Below, piece by piece: positions 1 through 12,689 of a stretch of DNA of 64,000 nt. Position numbers and translations under genes: made by a program. Source of the stretch: Octopus vulgaris. Lineage: Eukaryota. Position 1 is the first letter of the stretch. Every line of letters begins with the position of its first letter. The stretch is taken from contig OX597823.1 of the NCBI GenBank assembly GCA_951406725.2, positions 110,980,001-111,044,000 of the forward strand. The letters run 5' to 3'. Below the pieces are notes generated by a model. It was given only the letters and a program-made list of their open reading frames with translations. It was not told the DNA's origin and made no database searches.

Positions 1-344
1 TGCTATAAATATAAATCTATATCACAGAGCATAGATAAGAGTGAGAATGTGTATATTTGTGAGTATTCGTGTATGTTAGAATGTAATTGATTGTATGTCT
101 ACAAATGTCCATACAGAAAACTGTGCATATACAGGTGCCAAGGGTATGAATGTATGTGAGTGGTGTGTGCAAATGTATGTGAATGTATGTGAATGCATGT
201 GTATGTATGTGAATGAATGTATGTGTATATGCGTTGATTCATTCACTAATACTTACATAAAGATGTATACGTCTGCAAATACAAAATGAAAGGATTTTTA
301 AAAAATGTATTCACATACGTATATATATCTGAAGATTTTCATAG

Positions 345-479
345 TTAAAGATGATTTAATTCACAAGATATATCAATAAAGATATTTAGAATATTTTTTT
401 TACTCTTAAATTTGGCATTTTCATTGGGAAATTCTTCAGAATTTCGACCATTTTCCATTCTTGGATAGGAATCATTTAT
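345..479 (-). other. Possible orphan exon (INDSYPRMENGRNSEEFPNENAKFK...)
   Basis: Strong polypyrimidine tract and TTTCAG acceptor at 480-520 on minus, followed by one open hydrophilic frame; no recognisable homology and no strong donor. Confidence 0.2.
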
Positions 480-970
480 CTGAAATTGTAAAAGGTTGGA
501 ACAAAAAAAGCTTAGAAAAATAATTGGAATTAAAGGTAAAAAATTCATTTCATTAATATGTTGAGTAAATAGCTCAGAAAAAAATTGTATACATTTCTGT
601 TCAAGAAATAATTTTTGTTTTTTAATTTTATATTATTTTCTAATTTTGTTCAAATTTAAGAACAACAACAAGAACAGCACCTACATCAGCAATATCATCA
701 TAAAAACTGTCTTAAAAAAAAAATTACAATAACATCACAAAAACATGTTAAAAAGATATGATATATTGACAACGATAATCGTTGTGGTGAATTCATGCAC
801 TAATAACATGAAAACTTGTAAATACAGCAGGTGTTGGCAACCAAACACATATTCACACTCACATACACACACACACGTGTGTATGTGATCATACATATAT
901 GCATATATAGGTGTGTGTGTGTGTGTGAGTGTACATGTCTGTAGGTATGTATACTCACACACATATACAT

Positions 971-1027
<57 letters not shown>

Positions 1028-2024
1028 TTAGATAGATAGATAGATAAATGTAAGTATAGATGTAGATACAGATGTATTAATTTCTTTATTGCTCTCTATG
1101 CATATACAATGTCTTTTATTTAACCTTTACAAAATTTACCATCGATGAAGCAAACAGATTTGTTTTTATCTCGAAGATTATCTGCACCCGTGAATGTGTG
1201 TGTGTGTGTGCATGTATGTGTATGCATGCATCTATGTATGTGTATATGTGCATCAGTGTATGTGTTTGTGTGTATGAATTTATTGGCAAAAACACACATA
1301 GAGCTATGCACACATTTGTTTGTAAGTGTATATCAATATCGTATAGTTTGTATCAATGGTTATTTCTAAAGGAAAATATATTTAAATTTACAAGGGAATG
1401 CGAAAAATCAGCATCAAAAACAACAACAAAAGAAAAACAACAACAAAAGCAATCAATCCTTATAGATATCACACAATTATATAACTAAAATTAAAATTCA
1501 ATGAAATATATATTTACAGTTTTGCCATCTTTTTTTTCTTGTTGTTTTTTGCTATAGAACCTGGAAAAATATTTACATGTAAATCTTTTACCAGAAAAAC
1601 AAGAATTTTAAACTTTACACCTTCAACATCTCACACAGGTCTACCCACCCATAAAATCCTTTCTTACCTCCATCTTCATCTCTGTCTCAGACACATATTT
1701 ATTAGTATTAACATGTTATCTTAAAGATAGTGTTTTATCAGTGACATAGGCTTTAAGCAATGAATATTTTTCCATGAGTGTATACATCCATGTGTATACA
1801 CATGAGTGTACGAAACTGACAGTGAGAAGGTCACAAATTAGATGCACAGAGAATTCCTAGCAGGCTGGAAACATTTATTTTTGTTGCTTAGAGCCAGATC
1901 TGACATAAGTGTAGAAATCTACGATAAAAGCAATCCAGCTGTAAGCACCTAATGTTTCATATATCATGGACTAAATTTTCTAATGCATCCTTCTTTTCCA
2001 AAGTGTTGTGTAGGGTATATATAT

Positions 2025-2255
2025 AAGGCGGACGAGCTGGCAGACATGTTAGCACGCCGGGTGATATGCTTAGCGGTATCTCGTCTGTCGCTACGTTCTC
2101 AGTTCAAATTTCACCGAGGTCGACTTTGCTTTTCATCCTTTCTGGGTCGATAAATTAAGTACCAGTTATGCACTGGGATCGATGTAATCGACTTAATCCC
2201 TTTGTCTGTCCTTGTTTGTCCCCTCTATGTTTAGCACCTTGTGGACAATAAATAA
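2025..2255 (+). mobile_element. tRNA-derived SINE with Deu/Nin-like central domain (family B)
   Basis: GGCG..GAGCTGGCAGA head, GTTCAAATT B-box-like motif, CTTTCATCCTTT..GGTCGATAAATTAAGTACCAGT core, AATAAA tail; many near-identical copies in the window. Confidence 0.85.
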
Positions 2256-2291
2256 ATATATATAAAGGTATTCTTTATCTAAAAAAAAAAG

Positions 2292-2522
2292 GGGGGCGAG
2301 CTGGCAGAAACTTTAGCACGCCTGGCGAAATGCTTAGCAGTATTTTGTCTGTTATTACGTTCTGAGATCAAATTCCGCCGAGGTCGACTTAGCCTTTCAT
2401 CCTTTCAGGTTTGATAAATTAAGTACCAGTTATGCACTGGGGTTGATGTAATTGACTTAATCCGTTTGTCTGTTGTTGTTTGTCCCCTCTGTGTTTAGCC
2501 CCTTGTGGGTAGTAAAGAAATA
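2292..2522 (+). mobile_element. Family B SINE, second adjacent copy
   Basis: Aligns end to end with 2025-2255. Confidence 0.85.
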
Positions 2523-2834
2523 ATATATATGCTTACATGTGTGTGAATGTGCACAACTATGTGTATTTATGTGCATACATGCATATACACATACATGTAT
2601 GTATCATAACACACAGCAGTATGGTTAACATAACTGTATGTTTGACCATAGCCATAGCTGTATGGGTAACGAATTCACTTTACCAACTTGTGGTTTCAAG
2701 ATTATTCCCACAACATGGCACTGTGAACAGGTGGTTTCTACTATTACCCCAGAATGGCCAATACCTTGTGAGCAGAAATGAAAGCTGGAAACCATAGGCA
2801 AATAATTATGCATACATACATACATACATACATA

Positions 2835-3072
2835 CTCTTTACTCGTTATTCTTTTACTTGTTTCAGTCATTTGACTGCGGCCATGCTGGAGCACTGCCTT
2901 TAGCCGAGCAAATCGACTCCAGGACTCATTCTTTGTAAGCCTGGTACTTATTCTATCAGCCTGTTTTGCCGAATGACTAAGTTATGGGGATGTAAACACA
3001 CCACCATCAGTTGTCAAGCGATGTTGGGGGATCAAACACAGACACACAAACATATACACATACATACATACG

Positions 3073-3116
<44 letters not shown>

Positions 3117-3273
3117 TACGACGGGCTTTTTTCAGTTTCTGTCTACCAAATCCACTTTGGTTGGCCTGGGGCTATAGTAGAAGACACATGCCTAAGGTGC
3201 CACACAGTGAAACTAAACCCAGAACCACGTGGTTGGTAAGTAAGCTACTAACCCCGCAGCTACTCCTGCGCCT
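2835..3273 (-). mobile_element. tRNA-derived SINE with internal (TA)/(TG) microsatellite (family A)
   Basis: Minus-strand head GGCGCAGGAGTAGCTGCGGGGTTAGTAG with degenerate B-box, and (AAAAGAGT/AAT)-type tail; more than 12 copies in the window. Confidence 0.85.
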
Positions 3274-3299
3274 ACATATAATATATATATATATATATA

Positions 3300-3489
3300 A
3301 AGTTAATCCAAACATGAAAACACAAAGAGAAAACACAACAATGCGAGGACGTGGAACAAGTATAGTATTATTGGACGCTCAGGAAAGAAGGAAAGAAGGA
3401 GGGTTTAACGTTTCGAGCGGAGCTCTTCATCGGAAACATAGGAGAAGGAAAGATCCAGAGAAGGGAAGATAGAGGAAAAAAATCGCCAA
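3300..3489 (-). mobile_element. Short PLE-derived (pLTR/retrozyme-like) element in (TA)n carrying a hammerhead motif
   Basis: Flanked by (TA)n on both sides; homologous to 32251-32447 in opposite orientation. Confidence 0.7.
3403..3437 (-). ncRNA. Minimal type-I hammerhead ribozyme motif, U4C core variant
   Basis: Minus strand gttt-CCGATGA-A-gagc(tcc)gctc-GAAAC-GTT-aaac. Confidence 0.6.
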
Positions 3490-3797
3490 TATATATATAT
3501 ATATATACATGTATATATATGTATGTATATATGCATGTATAATTATTTGCCAACAATATTCGTATGTACATACATACATACATGATATCTCTTGCCACAT
3601 CACTGTTCACCTATCACACACTGAGTACATTGTGGATTTTTCTGGCTAGTAGATGTAAATTTATATTGGGAACTCCTCAGTATATTGTGGATTTCTGCAG
3701 CTGGTAGGTATTCATATTTTTTTTAGATTTTAATTATTTCTGTGGGAGGTTTTGGAACATAACACCTGCGATGGTCGAGGGATCATTGTATATGTAT

Positions 3798-4750
3798 ATA
3801 TGAGGTTTGATAAAAAGTATCAAGAGTAACGCTATAAATAAGACAATTACAACAGATATCAATTTGGCATTTATTCTCCTTTGAAGTAGTCCCACTTTGA
3901 AGCTACACACTTTATCCAGTGCCGTTTCCATTCATAAAAGCATTCCTGGAACTCGTTTATTGGGATAGCAAGCAGCTACCTTGTAGCATTCTCTTAGATT
4001 TCTTTGATGTCTTGAAATCTTGTTCTTTTTAAATGAGGTTCTTTTCAACCCTTAGTTTTGGGGTCATCGTCATTGCTCGACAGTGGTCAAGACAATGGAA
4101 TTTACTATGTTACGCCAAACTTCACGGTCCATCATAGCATTACGGAGGTCCCGTTGCTGGATGCCTGTATCCCTGGAGATTACATCCGAGTAAGAGAGTG
4201 TGCGCCATCTGGTATCACGAGCAGATGGCTTCCAGAGGAGAAGAGTAGAAATTACCTCGTTTTCAGCTCTACAACAATGTCCAGCAAACTGGACTCTCTT
4301 ACCTTTCACAAGAGATGACACAGGTGGTAGTTTCCCATATATTTGCATTTTGGTTGGATGGCGCTTCCATGAGAGATTTTGAGCTCTCATAAGGAGGCGA
4401 GTGTAGGTTCCATCCAACCGCCTCTCAAGCTTCAACCGTCCAGATTTCTGAGCCATATAGTGGAATTGGTTATGGGGTCATAACCATAGATCCATGGTCT
4501 GTCACCTGCTATGACCATTTTTGGAAAATTTGCATCTTCCTTGACATAATCAAGGGTATCTTATGACCACACTCTGCACACTTTACTTTCAAACACTGCT
4601 CTAAATAACAGATATAAGCAAGAACATTATAAGTTAGTGTGCATGTACAACAGAACTCAAGGTCAATCTGTACCAAGCAGTTTCACTCTGTATACTTTAG
4701 CTCCATTACTATAGCAACAGTCCTGATACTTCTTCATCAGAACTTGCATA
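3798..4750 (-). mobile_element. Internally deleted mariner-like DNA transposon interrupted by an RTE fragment
   Basis: Minus-strand translation gives ...VIAGDRPWIYGYDP (TGDETW..YDP-like) at ~4475-4560 and C-terminal ...EFQECFYEWKRHWIKCVASKWDYFKGE* at ~3875-3955; 4620-4750 resembles the terminus of the 32734-34204 element. Confidence 0.75.
4068..4472 (-). mobile_element. RTE-like LINE 3' fragment
   Basis: LYGSEIW..LERRLDGTYTRLLMRAQNLSW..FAGHCCR..MDREVWR; TSD TGGGGTCAT at 4059-4067 and 4473-4481; second copy at 44262-44720. Confidence 0.85.
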
Positions 4751-4784
4751 TTGGAAATAAATGGGGTTGAAAATGCACAGATAG

Positions 4785-4965
4785 TATATATGAAGATTTA
4801 TTTAAATTAAAATTAATAGACTTAATCAGTTTTAGATTTGTATGGGTTTTCAAAAGTGTAATTTTTGAGGAGCGTGGAGTTGTCACAAATGGTATATTTT
4901 GAAAATCATACAAATGTGAACCTGGTTAAGTTTGTTAATTTTAATTTAAATACATCTTCATATAT
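4785..4965. repeat. TA-flanked foldback (MITE-like) element
   Basis: TATATGAAGATTTATTTAAATTAAAATTAA... pairs with ...TTAATTTTAATTTAAATACATCTTCATATA; imperfect arms of ~80 bp. Confidence 0.7.
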
Positions 4966-4970
4966 ACACA

Positions 4971-5020
4971 CTTGGTTCAAATCCTTGGTTCAAATCCTTG
5001 GTTCAAATCTTGGTTCAAAT
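4971..5020 (+). repeat. 13-bp minisatellite (CTTGGTTCAAATC) x4
   Basis: Read directly from the sequence. Confidence 0.9.
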
Positions 5021-5379
5021 AGTAGGATTTGAACTGAGAATGCAATGAACTGGAACAAATGTTACAAGGTTTTCCATCTGAAACTGTAATGATTCCCTTA
5101 GTCTACTGGCCTAGATTGTACTTTATGTATTGACCCCAATAAGATGAAAGGCAGGTTTGATATCAGTGAGATTTGAACTCACAATGAGAGAAGTTAGAAT
5201 AAATAATACGCAACATTTCCTGCAACACTCTAAGAACTCTACCATTATGTCAAAGCATCATTATGTAGATCTCTCTATGCCAGCACCATTTCACCTGGAC
5301 TCTCCTATGTTCAGTTCTTCAGAAACCATGAACACCACCTCAACATAGTTCTTCTCTATGGAAAAATAGGCACAGATGT

Positions 5380-5588
5380 AAATGGCACCCTTGCAGATGG
5401 CACATAAAAGCACCCATTACATTCCTGGAGTGGTTTGCATTAGGAAGAGCATCTAGTCGTAGCAGCCTTGCCAAATGAGACCGGAACATGGTGCAGCCTT
5501 CTGGCTTCCTAGACCCCAGTTGAACCGTCCAACCCATGCTAGCATGGAAAGCAGACGCTAAACGATGATGATGATGATGATGATGATG
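5380..5588 (+). mobile_element. Ceph-SINE-like / RTE-tailed SINE 3' part (family C)
   Basis: TAGGAAGAGCATC...CCGTCCAACCCATGCTAGCATGGAAAGCAGACGCTAAAC(GAT)n; other copies at 12352-12600(-), 15705-16100(-), 24210-24460(-), 46280-46421(+), 49611-49800(-), 52325-52450(-), 58860-59060(-). Confidence 0.75.
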
Positions 5589-5972
5589 CTTTCATATGCT
5601 AGAACGCTACACAATTTTAGAAGTACAATATAATGTTTTAGAAAATCTACTCTACTACCTGAGTATTTTGTGAAATGTTTTGTTATTTTATAATACACAA
5701 GTGTGATTAATAAACAATGTAAGCAATAATTTTGTATATTTATCATTATATTTTTCTATATATTTTTCTTTATTTTTTTCAAATCTTTAACTTCAAAACA
5801 TAGCATTTTAAAAACCTTCTGTGTGAAGTGTACCATTAATTTTTATCTATCCATGTAAGGACTCTCGTAAATTTTTGTCTTTGATATGAAATGCACTAAT
5901 AATACTTTTGTCTGATCTTCAAGGCATCATATTGTCGAAAAAAGACCAAGTTATAGTGTTTGGCATTTTTAA

Positions 5973-6177
5973 CCCTTTCATTTCGAAACCTTTTGTCTGG
6001 ATACACAACTTTGGCTTCAATTAATTTTAAAACTAATGAACAATTTAGTAAAAATAACTGTCATTATTAATCTGGCATTTGTAATATAACCTGAAATTTT
6101 GATGGAAGGTTTACCTCAAAGTGTAAGTTTGTATCATGGAACCAATGGTGGTCTGAGCTGGGTTGGAATCAAAAGGG
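5973..6177. mobile_element. piggyBac-like MITE
   Basis: TTAA|CCCTTT...AAAGGG|TTAA termini with TTAA target duplication. Confidence 0.7.
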
Positions 6178-6452
6178 TTAAAAACACTGCATCTGAATAT
6201 AAGACAGTAAAGACATGACTGAAATATCTTTATTCATTGGTCAACATGATCAGGGTTCTTTAAGGGGAAAACAAAAACAGTTGCCGCAATTCTATTAACA
6301 TATATAGGTGCAGGTGTGACTTACCAACAACATGGTTCCAGGTTCAGTCCCACTGCATGGCACCTTGGGCAATTGTCTTCTACTATAGCCTCAGGCAGAC
6401 CAAAGCCTTCTCAGTGGATTTGGTAGATGGAAACTGAAAGAAGCCCGTTGTA

Positions 6453-6500
<48 letters not shown>

Positions 6501-6504
<4 letters not shown>

Positions 6505-6693
6505 CATGATAGATTGCTAGCCCCTACACACATATTTTTTCACTCCTTGTTTTTTTCTGTGTCCCTTTCTGTAGAAGAGCATAGGCTCGAAATGTAAAAG
6601 ACTTTTTCAATTCCTGAGCGTTATAATAATACATCTGTTTGTTTTGTACAGCACCTGTCTTCGTCTTTTTTTTTTTTCCGTGAACTCTCCCCC
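6501..6693 (+). mobile_element. Short PLE-derived element in (TA)n with hammerhead motif
   Basis: (TA)n on both sides; homologous to 63675-63860 and more distantly to 62440-62668. Confidence 0.7.
6565..6600 (+). ncRNA. Minimal hammerhead motif, A6U core variant
   Basis: cttt-CTGTAGA-A-gagc(atag)gctc-GAAAT-GTA-aaag. Confidence 0.55.
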
Positions 6694-6724
<31 letters not shown>

Positions 6725-7564
6725 GTATGTATATATGTATATGATTGTGTGTCTGTGTTTGTACCCGCAACATCACTTGCATCCCGTCACATAGTGGTTC
6801 GGCAAGAGAGACCGATAGATTAATTACTAGGCTTACGAAGCATAAGTCCTGGGGTTGATTTGCTCGACTAATGGTGGTGCTCCAGCATGACCCACAGTGA
6901 AATGACTGAAACAAATAAAAGAATAAATGAATATACTGTACCTAGGTATTGTATAATATAGGATCGTTATTACTATGTGCTAAAATAAACTCACCACGGA
7001 CACCAGAAAACTGGCCAGATTGGTACAGCACCAGCCAGACTATTTGTTACTAGTATTAAAATAAAGTACCAGTCATATATGAGTTTCTATGTACAAATGT
7101 ATATAAAGTATCTTAGATGTGAGTGGAACTATAATAGAAGATGAAGACAACTACTCCACCATTTCTCTTTGATTTCTGGAAGTTTTATTTCTTTAATTCA
7201 CAGTTGTGTTTGTAAATTATTGATGGAACTGTCTTTGTCTTCCTCTCTTTCTTGCTTCTATAAATTCTTATTTCATCTTTCGCATCATTTTCCATCATTT
7301 CTCACATTTCTTACTTTTGTTTTGCGTTGCTTTTTTTCTTTTGTGGTTCCTTTGATTTCTGTATTAAAGCGAATTTTATTTAGACTTGTGCACATGTGTG
7401 TGTGTATATGTATATGTGTGTGTGTGTGTGTATCTTACACATGCATGTATATGCATGTGCATACATATGTACGTGCATCTGTGTGCATACATACACACAT
7501 ACACGCATACAAGAGGAGGAAGACATATTTTTACATATAGGTATACATACATATATATATATAC

Positions 7565-7615
<51 letters not shown>

Positions 7616-7709
7616 GTATTTAAATATATGTATGTGTGTGTATATATGTGTATGCATGATTGTGTGCATGTAGGTATGAGAATATATGTGGGTGTATATA
7701 TATAAATAG

Positions 7710-7748
<39 letters not shown>

Positions 7749-7842
7749 TACACATACATACAAGCAAACATACATACATACATAAAGAGACAAAGTAGGA
7801 ATGAAAACAGAAGCAGAGATAGAGATATGTACATTGTTTTAT

Positions 7843-7876
<34 letters not shown>

Positions 7877-7902
7877 ATGTGTCTGTCTATAGGAGATGTG
7901 TG

Positions 7903-7935
<33 letters not shown>

Positions 7936-8188
7936 ATGTTTATTTTAATTCTTTTGTTGTCTCAGATAGAAAATTGATCAGTGTTTGTTAATTAAGTGTA
8001 ATCATTAACTGTTAGCTATTGATTGAGTTTACTGTGAGAGTCATTTTGATGAACTTGACGAAGAACAAAAATCCAAATAAAGAATTAAATAAATAAATAA
8101 AAGTTTTGCTAAATATTAAAAACAATAAATAAAAAACGAAGAGGTGGGGCAGACTGGGAATTAGAATGAAAATGTAATGGCAGAAATG

Positions 8189-8238
<50 letters not shown>

Positions 8239-8558
8239 AACGCACACACACACACTATGCACATACAGATACCAAAAAAAGCGCCAAAAAATACTGCAAT
8301 ATTAATTCTTTCGAAAATTTTTAGAGTCGTCAACAAAAGCTCGGCTTAATTAGTTTGTTAAATTAATTAAGCCCACATGTGAAACAATTGAGTCTGTAAT
8401 TACACAGATGGTATGGAACATACTTATGTATATACATACACACACATGCACACACATGTTCACATATAAATATGCATATATATATACACACACACCAATA
8501 CTTGCATGCATATATATATATACATAGATACACACACACAGAAGCATATATTTATGTA

Positions 8559-8596
<38 letters not shown>

Positions 8597-8969
8597 GTTC
8601 TGTTAGTAGATTTCTGTTTGATTTTTACTGCAATAACGAATAAAGATTTAATTAAATAAATATAAAAAAAACTATAAAAGGAAGATGAATGAAAGATAAG
8701 ACAAAAGGAAAAAGTAAAAAGATACGTGTGATTAAAAAGATGCATGTTGTAAAAACTTATATACGTATACGCATGCCTACATGTGTATGTGTATACAGTA
8801 TGTATGTGTATGCGTGTGTGTGTATGTGTGTGTGTGTCAGTGTGTGTGCGAATGTGTATTTATGTCATTACATATAAAACGTACACACACACCACACACA
8901 TACACACACATACAAAATTAAGTAATATCATGAAGCAAAAATATGTTGAGTGAAAATGTTATATTATCA

Positions 8970-9006
8970 GATAATAATAACAATAATAATAACAATAATA
9001 ATAATA

Positions 9007-9038
<32 letters not shown>

Positions 9039-9062
9039 AATGATAATAATAATAAAAATAAA

Positions 9063-9118
<56 letters not shown>

Positions 9119-9185
9119 TAATAAAAATAGTAATGATAATGATAATGATAAAAATAATGATGATGATAATGATAATAACAAGAAC
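8970..9185. repeat. (AAT)n/(GAT)n trinucleotide tract
   Basis: Read directly; explains the poly-N/D/I/L ORFs. Confidence 0.95.
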
Positions 9186-9508
9186 AACACCAATATAAAG
9201 TGACTTGTTATATCAAATAGAGAAGGAAAAACAACCAACAAAACCATGTGTATTATTTCTTAGAGAAAACCATTTCTGAGATTTCATGTCTCATTTGATG
9301 TTATTTATTGTTAAAAGAATAAGATAAATACCAATGAAATACGTAAGTATGTATATATTATATATATATGTGTGTATATGTATACGTAAATATATAGGTG
9401 TAGCGTGTGTACATATATATATATATATATACATACACATATATATAATGTATCAAATAAGAAAAAAGGAAAAGATTCCAATATATAATAATACAAAAAC
9501 AGATGCAA

Positions 9509-9539
<31 letters not shown>

Positions 9540-9585
9540 CATATATACATACATACATATACATATACATTTACATATATATATG

Positions 9586-9676
<91 letters not shown>

Positions 9677-10029
9677 GTGTGTATATATATATATATATAT
9701 ACACACATACATATACATACACATATACATATATAAATATATATATGGCAGAAATATCCATGCCTTTAAGGCTTATGAAAAGTTATCATGTGCACATGTG
9801 TGTTCATGTAAATGCTTGGATTTGTATGTATCTACATACATGTGTGCATGTGAGTTCAGCAATACATGTGCATTTATGAATGAGGTGGTAGGGAGGGGGG
9901 TAGGTAAATTAACTGACACATTGTAATTAAAAGATGTTCACCCTTGCTTTTTGAAGTTAGGAAACAATTAAATAAAAAATATTCCTCCTGACAACACAAC
10001 TCCACCCATTTCCCTGATATATATACAGA

Positions 10030-10105
<76 letters not shown>

Positions 10106-10519
10106 GAGAGAGAGAGAGAGATACATACATACATACAAATGTATATAGACATATACATGCATATATGTATATTAATGTACATTTGTATGTAATTATGTAT
10201 GTATTATATTTGCGTGGGTGCATATATGCAGAGACAATAAAGGATGGAAGTTTATGAGTGTATATATGTGAAGTGAAGAAAGTGAAAAGTACGTAAAATA
10301 TTTATTCAACAGAAATATGTATTCATAGATTATGAATACACATACATACATACATACATACACACATGCACATATTTATTAATATATGTATATAGTATGT
10401 ATATATGTGTGTGTGTTTGTGTGTGTGTGTGCATCTGTGTGTATATATATATATATATAGAATACGAATTATATTATCATTATATATATATAATTATTAT
10501 TATTTTATATATATATAAT

Positions 10520-10613
<94 letters not shown>

Positions 10614-10683
10614 TATATATATATATGTGTGTGTGTATATTTAAATATATATACAGACAGAAGGAAAGAGAGTGAGAGATATA

Positions 10684-10718
<35 letters not shown>

Positions 10719-11452
10719 GCATACATACATACTTATACACATTTATAATAATTCTCATGAAGAAATTTCTTATATTTTGCCATTCCATAGTGTGGCACAT
10801 ATTCTTTTTTTTTATTTCATACCAAAATAATTAGTAATTATCTATCCTTTTAATAAAGGATTTTGCCAATTTTATCTGAAGTGTCAGATAGTACTTGCTA
10901 CTTACACAGGAATCAGTGACTTTTATTAATTGAAATTTTATAGCTGTAATCAATTTACAAATAAATACATACATACATACATACGTACATACATGCATAC
11001 ATTCATACGTATTTATATTTATACACGGCTTCATTGTTGAAGAATTAGTTTTATGTTTTAATTGTCAACTGAGATGCAAAGTGGAAGCACCCATTGACCT
11101 ATCATGCAGAGAGTAAAGAATTAGAGGGTGAGTCTACATTATTTTTGAATGGTTTTGTGGGTGACTGTTATTGCATTTCAGTTCCTCCCTTATCAGCAGA
11201 ACCTATACTTTTTTTACTTACTTCTTTCAGTCATTTGACTGCGGCCATGCTGGAGCACCACCTTTAGTCAAAGAAATCAACCCAGGACTTATTCTTTGTA
11301 AGCCTAGTACTTATTCTATCGGTATCTTTTGCTGAACCACTAGGTTACGGGGATGTAAACACACCAGCATTGGTTGTCAAGCAATGCTGGAGGGACAAAA
11401 ATATACACACACATATATATATATATATATATATGTGTATGTATATTTATGC

Positions 11453-12138
<686 letters not shown>

Positions 12139-12689
12139 TAGAACAGGTTTCTTTCAGTTTCTGTCTACCAAATCCACTCACAAGGCTTTAGTCAGCCCGA
12201 GGCTATAGTAGAAGACACTTGCCCAAGGTGCTGCGCAGTGAGACTGAACCCAGAACCATGTGGTTGGTAAGCAAGCTACTTACCACACAGCCACCTCCTG
12301 CACCTATAGTCAAAGATTTTAAGCCAAATCAATGTTGTCTTTGTCTCAATATCATCATCATCATCATTAAATGTCCACTTTCCTTGCTGGCATGGGTTGG
12401 ATAGTTTGCCAGGAGCTGGTGAGCTAGAAGAATGCATCAAGCTCTATATTCTGCTTTAGCATGCTTGTTATCACTGGATGCCCTTCCTGAAGCAGCCAAA
12501 TACAACACAAAATGTGCTGGGTGCTTTTATGTGGAGTTAGCATCAGTGAGATCACCGAGTAACTTGCGAGTCAAGACTCTTCCACTTAGTGGGATGGAGT
12601 ATTGAGGGATGTAAACCTTGCAAGGTAATGCAAGGTTTATGACTAATAAAAGGACAGAAACAGGTTATCACCATTCTCCCCCTCTCTCT

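Larger units (their letters stand above)
6308..6928 (+). mobile_element. Family A SINE split by an insertion in its internal (TA)n
   Basis: Head at 6308-6450 (GGTTCAGTCCC B-box), tail at 6740-6928. Confidence 0.8.

Noticed and set aside
4785-4965. Hammerhead in this foldback
   Set aside because: No CUGANGA-stem II-GAAA arrangement in either arm; kept only as a MITE-like repeat.
8918-9247. Poly-N/D, poly-I and poly-L ORFs (also poly-V/T at 16877-17238 and poly-I at 39914-40290)
   Set aside because: Trinucleotide tracts with no splice or domain context.
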